From Pseudomonadota bacterium (GTDB lineage: Bacteria > Pseudomonadota > Gammaproteobacteria > JAKAQQ01): DNA of 64,000 nucleotides. A program made the position numbers and the translations under genes. A model generated the notes under the pieces. It saw nothing but the letters and a program-made list of their open reading frames with translations. It did no database searches and was not told the DNA's origin. Shown here one piece after another: positions 58,416-64,000 of this stretch. Numbering within the stretch: position 1 is the stretch's first letter; each line of letters begins with the position of its first letter. The stretch is from the NCBI GenBank assembly GCA_027365475.1, contig DAHXNI010000012.1, positions 3,456 to 67,455 on the forward strand, read 5' to 3'.

Positions 58416-59599
58416 GAGATGTGATCCGGTTGGCTATGGCGTTCGTACAGTTCGCGTCCGATCAGCATGCGTCGGATCTCATTGGTACCGGCTCCGATTT
58501 CGTAAAGCTTGGCATCGCGCAGAAAGCGGCCGGTCGGATAGTCGTTGATGTAACCGTTGCCACCCAGGCACTGGATGGACTCCAGGGCGACGGCAACCGC
58601 ACTTTCTGCAGCCATGAGCAGTGCTGCTGCCGCATCAATCCGGCTCGGATGGCCCCGATCGAATGATTCTGCTACTCGGTACGTGAGACTCCGGGATGCT
58701 TCGAGTTTCGTGTACATGTCGGCCAGCTTCCCTTGCATGAGCTCAAACTCTCCGATGGGTCGGCCGAATTGCCTGCGTTGAACGAGGTAGGGCAGGACGA
58801 GATCGAGACAGGCCTGCATGATGCCGAGCGGTCCACCCGACAGGATGAGCCGCTCGCTATCGAGGCCGCTCATGAGGATTTCGACGCCCTCGTGGACGGT
58901 TCCGAGAACCTGATCGTCGCGGAGTTCGCAGGCATCGAACAGGAGTTCGCAGGTGCCCGATCCGCGCATGCCGAGCTTGTCGAGTTTTTGCGCGGTTGTG
59001 AATCCTTTTTGGCTGCGCTCGACAATGAAGGCAGTGAGCGAGCGGGAGCCGGCCTGGGCGTAATCCCGGGTTCTGAGATAAACAATGAGCACATCTGCCT
59101 CGGGACCGTTCGTGATCCACATTTTGGTGCCGTTCACGACCCAGCCTTTGGGTCGACGCTCGGCCCGACACTGAATCGAGCCCACCACATCCGAACCGGC
59201 GCCGGATTCCGACATGGCTAGTGCGCCGACCCATTCACCGCTGATGAGTTTGGGGAGATAGCGGCGTTTCTGTTCCTCGGTTCCGTTCCGGGCGAGATTG
59301 TGCAAGCAGAGATTGGAGTGGGCGCCGTAGGACAGGCCCACGGAAGCGGATGCCCGTGACAATTCCTCCATTGCGAGGACATGCGCGAGAAATCCCATCC
59401 CGCTGCCTCCCAGAACCTCGGGTAGGTTGAGTCCGAGAAACCCGAGTTCCCCCATCCGCCGCCAGAGTGATCGGGGGAATCCACCCGCCTGGTCGAATGC
59501 ATCCGCATGCGGGGCAACTTCCGCCTCGGCAAAGCGCCGCACGGACTCGCGGAGGAGCTCGAGGTCTGTCCTTCCGGTTTCAGGCATCGGGGCGGCCAT
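58412..59599 (-). CDS. liuA: Isovaleryl-CoA dehydrogenase
   Basis: Acyl-CoA dehydrogenase blocks (GALAMSESGAGSD, WITNGPEAD, YEIGAGTNEIRR). The start is taken at ATG 59599, just after the ldh stop. The 144-codon upstream extension in the track overlaps ldh and is R/S-rich. Confidence 0.85.
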   Translation of the reverse strand: MAAPMPETGRTDLELLRESVRRFAEAEVAPHADAFDQAGGFPRSLWRRMGELGFLGLNLPEVLGGSGMGFLAHVLAMEELSRASASVGLSYGAHSNLCLHNLARNGTEEQKRRYLPKLISGEWVGALAMSESGAGSDVVGSIQCRAERRPKGWVVNGTKMWITNGPEADVLIVYLRTRDYAQAGSRSLTAFIVERSQKGFTTAQKLDKLGMRGSGTCELLFDACELRDDQVLGTVHEGVEILMSGLDSERLILSGGPLGIMQACLDLVLPYLVQRRQFGRPIGEFELMQGKLADMYTKLEASRSLTYRVAESFDRGHPSRIDAAAALLMAAESAVAVALESIQCLGGNGYINDYPTGRFLRDAKLYEIGAGTNEIRRMLIGRELYERHSQPDHIS

Positions 59600-59606
59600 G
59601 GGATCG

Positions 59607-60722
59607 TCAGCGGCTAGCCGAAGTCCGGGCGAGCTGGCGAATGCGCCGCATCGGGGGGTTTTCGAGATAACGCCCTCGCGCCGGAGTGAGCGCTGCAATT
59701 CGCTCCTCCGCAATGGCATCGGCTGCTTTCCAGGTGGGGATTCCGCGTGCCGCGGCGTGCTCGAAGATCTTCTTGATAATGTCGTAGATGGCATTGACGC
59801 GCCGTTCGGCGAGTTCCCGCTGGTAGCCTTCAATTTCAAGCGCGACGTTGATGAGTCCGCCCGCATTGAGGGCATAGTCGGGGGTATAGAGGATCCCGCG
59901 GCGGTCGAGCTCCGTCCCGCATTCCGGTGTGGCCAGCTGATTGTTCGCACTACCCGCGACAATTTTGCAGCGTAGGCGTGGAAGCGTTTCGGGATTGATC
60001 GATCCACCGAGTGCGCACGGGGCGAACACATCGACTTTGAGGTCGTAGATCTGATCGCCGGTCACGGCTTCGCAACCGTACTCTTCGACCGCGCGCTGGA
60101 CGCGGTCTGCATGAATATCCGTCACGAAGACCTGTGCCTTTTCCTTGCGCAGAAGACGGGCGAGGTGCAGGCCCACATGTCCCACGCCCTGAATCGCGAT
60201 GCTCCGGGAAGCCCAGTCGGCCTGGCCGAATGTCTTCTCGAGCGCGGCGCGCATCCCCTGAAAGGCTCCCCAGGCGGTAAACGGTGAGGGATCGCCACTT
60301 CCGCCATGTTCGGGGTGGATGCCCACGGCATACTCGGTTTCCTGGTAGATGAGTTCGATGTCTTCGACGTTGATGTTGACATCTTCGGCCGTGATATAGC
60401 GCCCGGCCAGACCCTGGATGTAGCGGCCGAAACTCCGGAACAGGGCCTCGCTCTTGATGGACGGATCCCCCATGATGACGGATTTGCCGCCTCCGAGATT
60501 GAGTCCTGCGATGGCCGCTTTGTAGGTCATGCCCCGTGACAGACGCAGGACGTCGGTCAGGGCTTCATCTTCACTCGCATAGGGCCAAAGCCGGAGTCCG
60601 CCGAGCGCAGGTCCAAGGGTGGTGTCATGGATCGCGACAATGGCACGCAGGCCAGCGGCGTCATCGTGAACGAAGACGACTTCTTCGTGGTCCGAGAAAA
60701 ACGGATTTGAAAACACGCTCAT
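59607..60722 (-). CDS. ldh: Leucine dehydrogenase (Glu/Leu/Phe/Val dehydrogenase family)
   Basis: HDTTLGPALGGLRLWPY, GLNLGGGKSVI (catalytic Lys) and IQGVGHVG Rossmann motif. The start is taken at MSVFSN (60722). Confidence 0.8.
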   Translation of the reverse strand: MSVFSNPFFSDHEEVVFVHDDAAGLRAIVAIHDTTLGPALGGLRLWPYASEDEALTDVLRLSRGMTYKAAIAGLNLGGGKSVIMGDPSIKSEALFRSFGRYIQGLAGRYITAEDVNINVEDIELIYQETEYAVGIHPEHGGSGDPSPFTAWGAFQGMRAALEKTFGQADWASRSIAIQGVGHVGLHLARLLRKEKAQVFVTDIHADRVQRAVEEYGCEAVTGDQIYDLKVDVFAPCALGGSINPETLPRLRCKIVAGSANNQLATPECGTELDRRGILYTPDYALNAGGLINVALEIEGYQRELAERRVNAIYDIIKKIFEHAAARGIPTWKAADAIAEERIAALTPARGRYLENPPMRRIRQLARTSASR

Positions 60723-60899
60723 GCATACATCTCCGGTCGGGAAGGGTGGCTTGAGGGCCATCCATCGGATGGCGCGTCAGTTCAGGTTCCATCGGCCCTC
60801 AGTTGACCCCCCATTATAACTTGCCCGCCCGTACCGTAAGGATATGGAAGGCCTATAATCAAATATCGTTGGATCCGTTCGAATGGGTGAGTCCGATCC

Positions 60900-63800
60900 A
60901 TGAGTCCTGCTGCTGCCCTGGAAACTCGCACGGAACCGGTGCCCTCCAAACCGGTTCGTTTCGTCACAGCCACATCGCTTTTCGACGGGCACGATGCTGC
61001 AATCAACCTGATTCGGCGCCTTTTGCTCGCCCAGGGCGCGGAGGTGGTGCATCTCGGTCACAACCGATCGGTTGCAGAGCTCGTCCAAACGGCGCTTTCG
61101 GAAGATGCACAGGCGATTGCCGTGAGCTCCTATCAAGGCGGGCACATGGAGTATTTCAAGTATCTCGTTGATGAGCTCGCTCGCGAGCACGCGAGCGATA
61201 TCGCTGTGATCGTCGGTGGGGGTGGCACGATCGCTCCTGACGAGGTCAAGGAACTTGAAGCCTATGGGGTTGAACGGATTTACCGGCCCGAGGATGGGCA
61301 AAGACTCGGGCTTGAAGGCATGATCGACGATATTCTGCAAAGAGTCCGGAAAAGACAGCAACCACCTGTGATCCCTCAACCAGGTTCCACCCGGGATCGT
61401 CGCGTGCTCGCGCGGACTATCAGCTGGATTGAGAGTCACCCCGATTCCGCGATGCGTACCCCGTTTCTGCGGAGCCTCAAGCCTGTTTCAAGCCCTGCTT
61501 CGGTCATCGGCCTCACCGGTAGCGGTGGGGCGGGCAAGAGCAGTCTCACCGACGAACTCGTCCGGCGGTTTCTGGAAGCATTTCCGGCTCTCGAGATTGC
61601 GGTGGTGGCGGTCGATCCGACACGCAACCGGACCGGTGGAGCCCTTCTCGGAGACCGGATCCGGATGAACAGCCTCGCGCATCCCAGGGTCTTTATGCGC
61701 TCGCTTGCGACCGGTCGGCAGGGTGGATCGTTGCACGTGCATCTCGGAGAGATCATTCAGTTCCTCAAGGCACAGGGATTCGGGCTGGTTCTGGTCGAAA
61801 CCGCAGGCAGTGGACAGGGTGATACCGCCATCAGCGACCTCGTTGATCTCAGTCTTTATGTCATGACTTCGGACTACGGTGGCCCCCTCCAGCTTGAGAA
61901 GCTGGGTATGCTTGATTACGCCGATCTGATCGTGCTCAACAAATTCGAGAAGCGCGGTTCAGATGATGCCCTGCGTGACATCCGCAAGCAGTGGCGGCGC
62001 AATCATGCGGAGTTCAAACGCAGTGACGAGGACGTACCGGTCTTTGCGACCATCGCGAGCCAATTTCAGAATTCCGGTGTCGACCGCCTGTTTGCCGAGT
62101 TGTGCCGGATGCTCAAAGACCGATCCGGCGACGATCCTGCGCGCTGGAAACCGGCGCAAGACCTGAATCGCGATCCGCCGGCCGGTCATGTGCTCATTCC
62201 CCAATCCCATGAGCGCTATCTTGCGGAAATCGCCCAGGTGATCCGGAACGCTCGGGAGCGTAACCGGCTTTCGGCCGAAGCAGCATCCCGGGCACAGAGC
62301 CTTCATGATGCATTGGGTTGCCTGGATCATGAACCACGACCAGAACCCCTTGAGCGCTACCCCGCCGAGGCACTCGTTGGCGACAATGACCGGGTTCGGC
62401 TGCGTCAGGCTTATGAGGCTGCACTGGATGCAGTCGGGCAGGAAGGTATCGCGAGTCTCAAAGACTGGCCTGCGCGATTGCAGTCCGCACGCGCAGAGGC
62501 CTATGCCTATCCGGTGCGTGACCAGTGGGTCAAAGGGGCGAACTACACCGAAACGCTTTCCGGACTCCGAGTTCCGAAAATTGCACTCCCCAACTGGCGG
62601 GACTGGGGCGATATCCTCTCTTTCATCCAGTCGGAGAATCTCCCCGGCGCCTATCCCTATACAGCCGGGGTCTATCCCTATCGGCGCACCGCTGAGGACC
62701 CGACCCGCATGTTTGCGGGTGAGGGTACCCCCGAGCGGACCAACCGCCGCTTTCACTACCTGGCCCGCGGACAGAATGCTACCCGGCTCTCCACCGCCTT
62801 CGATTCGGTGACGCTCTACGGCGAAGATCCTGATCACCGCCCCGACATCTATGGGCGGATCGGAAACTCCGGCGTGTCGATCGCAACCCTTGATGACATG
62901 AAGAAACTCTATTCCGGGTTTGATCTGCTCTCACCCAACACCTCGGTCTCGATGACCATTAATGGACCTGCCCCGATCCTGCTTGCTCTTTTCTTCAATG
63001 CCGCTATTGACCAGGCGGTTGAGCGTCACCTCATCGAATCCGGCGGATTCGAATCTGCCCGGGCAGATCTCCGCGCGCGGCTCGGCGAGGCGGCCCCGCA
63101 TTACACGGGCGCGCTCCCCGAAGGTCACTCGGGATTGGGACTGGGGTTCCTCGGCATCAGTGGGGATCGCCTGGTTGGACCCGAGACGTATGCCCGGATC
63201 CGCACCGATGTTCTGAAACGTGTCCGCGGTACTGTTCAGGCTGATATCCTCAAGGAGGATCAGGCACAGAACACATGCATCTTCTCGGTCGAGTTCGCGC
63301 TCAAGCTCATGGGAGATGTGGCGGCCTACTTCGTGGAACACGACATCCGGAACTTCTACAGCGTGTCAGTGAGTGGCTATCACATCGCGGAAGCGGGTGC
63401 CAACCCGATCACCCAGCTCGCCTTCACACTGGCCAATGGATTCACGCTGGTTGAGTACTATCTCGCGCGCGGGCTTTCGATCGATGCATTCGCACCCAAC
63501 CTGAGCTTCTTCTTCTCGAATGGCATGGATTCGGAATATGCCGTCATCGGCCGCGTGGCCCGAAGAATCTGGGCGCGGGCATTGCGCGAACGCTATGGAG
63601 CCTCTTCCCGCAGCCAGATGCTCAAATATCACATCCAGACTTCAGGCCGGAGCCTTCACGCACGCGAGATCCAGTTCAACGATATCCGTACCACGCTGCA
63701 GGCACTCTATGCGATCTACGATAACTGTCAGAGTCTCCATACGAATGCCTACGATGAGGCGCTCACGACGCCAACAGAGGAATCGGTTCGGCGTGCGATG

Positions 63801-64000
63801 GCAATCCAGCTCATCATCAACCGGGAACTGGGTCTCGCGAAAAACGAGAATCCCCTCCAGGGTGCCTTCATCATCGAAACGCTGACAGATCTTGTTGAAG
63901 AGGCGGTACTGGTCGAGTTTGACCGGATCTCGGAACGTGGCGGCGTGCTCGGCGCCATGGAGACCATGTACCAGCGCAACAAGATCCAGGAAGAAAGCCT
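60900..64000 (+). CDS. icmF: Fused isobutyryl-CoA mutase IcmF (B12-binding domain, MeaB-like GTPase, mutase barrel); 3' end beyond the window
   Basis: My own translation from ATG 60900 (in-frame TGA at 60888) has no stop to nt 64000. Motifs seen: SLFDGHDAAINLI, GLTGSGGAGKSSL, YPYTAGVYPYRR, RMFAGEGTPERTN, GYHIAEAGANPITQLAF. It is not in the supplied ORF track because it has no stop in the window. Confidence 0.88.
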   Translation, partial: MSPAAALETRTEPVPSKPVRFVTATSLFDGHDAAINLIRRLLLAQGAEVVHLGHNRSVAELVQTALSEDAQAIAVSSYQGGHMEYFKYLVDELAREHASDIAVIVGGGGTIAPDEVKELEAYGVERIYRPEDGQRLGLEGMIDDILQRVRKRQQPPVIPQPGSTRDRRVLARTISWIESHPDSAMRTPFLRSLKPVSSPASVIGLTGSGGAGKSSLTDELVRRFLEAFPALEIAVVAVDPTRNRTGGALLGDRIRMNSLAHPRVFMRSLATGRQGGSLHVHLGEIIQFLKAQGFGLVLVETAGSGQGDTAISDLVDLSLYVMTSDYGGPLQLEKLGMLDYADLIVLNKFEKRGSDDALRDIRKQWRRNHAEFKRSDEDVPVFATIASQFQNSGVDRLFAELCRMLKDRSGDDPARWKPAQDLNRDPPAGHVLIPQSHERYLAEIAQVIRNARERNRLSAEAASRAQSLHDALGCLDHEPRPEPLERYPAEALVGDNDRVRLRQAYEAALDAVGQEGIASLKDWPARLQSARAEAYAYPVRDQWVKGANYTETLSGLRVPKIALPNWRDWGDILSFIQSENLPGAYPYTAGVYPYRRTAEDPTRMFAGEGTPERTNRRFHYLARGQNATRLSTAFDSVTLYGEDPDHRPDIYGRIGNSGVSIATLDDMKKLYSGFDLLSPNTSVSMTINGPAPILLALFFNAAIDQAVERHLIESGGFESARADLRARLGEAAPHYTGALPEGHSGLGLGFLGISGDRLVGPETYARIRTDVLKRVRGTVQADILKEDQAQNTCIFSVEFALKLMGDVAAYFVEHDIRNFYSVSVSGYHIAEAGANPITQLAFTLANGFTLVEYYLARGLSIDAFAPNLSFFFSNGMDSEYAVIGRVARRIWARALRERYGASSRSQMLKYHIQTSGRSLHAREIQFNDIRTTLQALYAIYDNCQSLHTNAYDEALTTPTEESVRRAMAIQLIINRELGLAKNENPLQGAFIIETLTDLVEEAVLVEFDRISERGGVLGAMETMYQRNKIQEES

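Noticed and set aside
58412-60031. A 539-aa version of the acyl-CoA dehydrogenase ORF.
   Set aside because: The first 144 codons overlap the 3' end of ldh in another frame and are S/R/P-rich. ATG 59599, 8 nt after the ldh stop, gives a normal-length (395 aa) isovaleryl-CoA dehydrogenase.
60777-62837. ORFs 60777..61439(-), 61436..61756(-) and 61959..62837(-) as possible genes next to ldh.
   Set aside because: They are antisense to the open IcmF reading frame, which carries clear B12, P-loop and mutase motifs. Their sequences are low-complexity.
1-64000. A search for CRISPR arrays, rRNA genes, intact tRNAs, integrases or prophage genes.
   Set aside because: I saw no regularly spaced direct repeats, no rRNA or tRNA signatures beyond the fragment noted above, and no integrase or phage-like ORFs. 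The only mobile element is the IS at 31096-33114.

Overview
This looks like a core chromosomal segment of a GC-rich genome. Its gene order resembles gammaproteobacteria, which I infer from synteny only; no organism is claimed. From left to right the window contains the following.

- **nt 23-3782:** a DUF1499-like gene, then a tightly coupled four-gene membrane/glycosyltransferase cluster (TVP38/DedA-like, GT2, fatty-acid-hydroxylase family, DUF2064-type transferase).
- **nt 4253-11644:** a six-gene Hyf/Hyc-like (complex-I-related) operon. Its hydrogenase large subunit has lost all four [NiFe] cysteine ligands, making it Ehr-like. This is the most interesting system I see.
- **nt 11746-30541:** RNase P RNA, a SIMPL-like gene, then a complete, heavily overlapping dcw cluster (mraZ-rsmH-ftsL-ftsI-murE-murF-mraY-murD-ftsW-murG-murC-murB-ddl-ftsQ-ftsA-ftsZ).
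- **nt 30542-33580:** an about 2 kb IS1634-like insertion sequence sits inside an AT-richer, ORF-poor spacer between ftsZ and lpxC.
- **nt 33581-39663:** lpxC, a DUF721/DciA-like gene, an M23 peptidase, secA and a MutT-ThiE-like fusion.
- **nt 40117-41089:** a Phd/YefM-like antitoxin plus a zeta/COG4185-like P-loop toxin pair, located where yacG is normally found.
- **nt 41429-51611:** zapD-coaE-pilD-pilC-pilB, then two glycosyltransferases, a decayed TPR/GT-C-like pseudogene and a phosphomannomutase.
- **nt 51823-60722:** a leucine-catabolic operon (ldh-liuA-thiolase-liuB-liuC-liuD-liuE).
- **nt 60900 to the window end:** a divergent fused isobutyryl-CoA mutase (IcmF-type). It runs off the window end and is absent from the supplied ORF track.

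No CRISPR array, rRNA or intact tRNA was seen. All family calls come from motif recognition by eye; no searches were run. Most long antisense ORFs in the track are GC-rich shadow ORFs.
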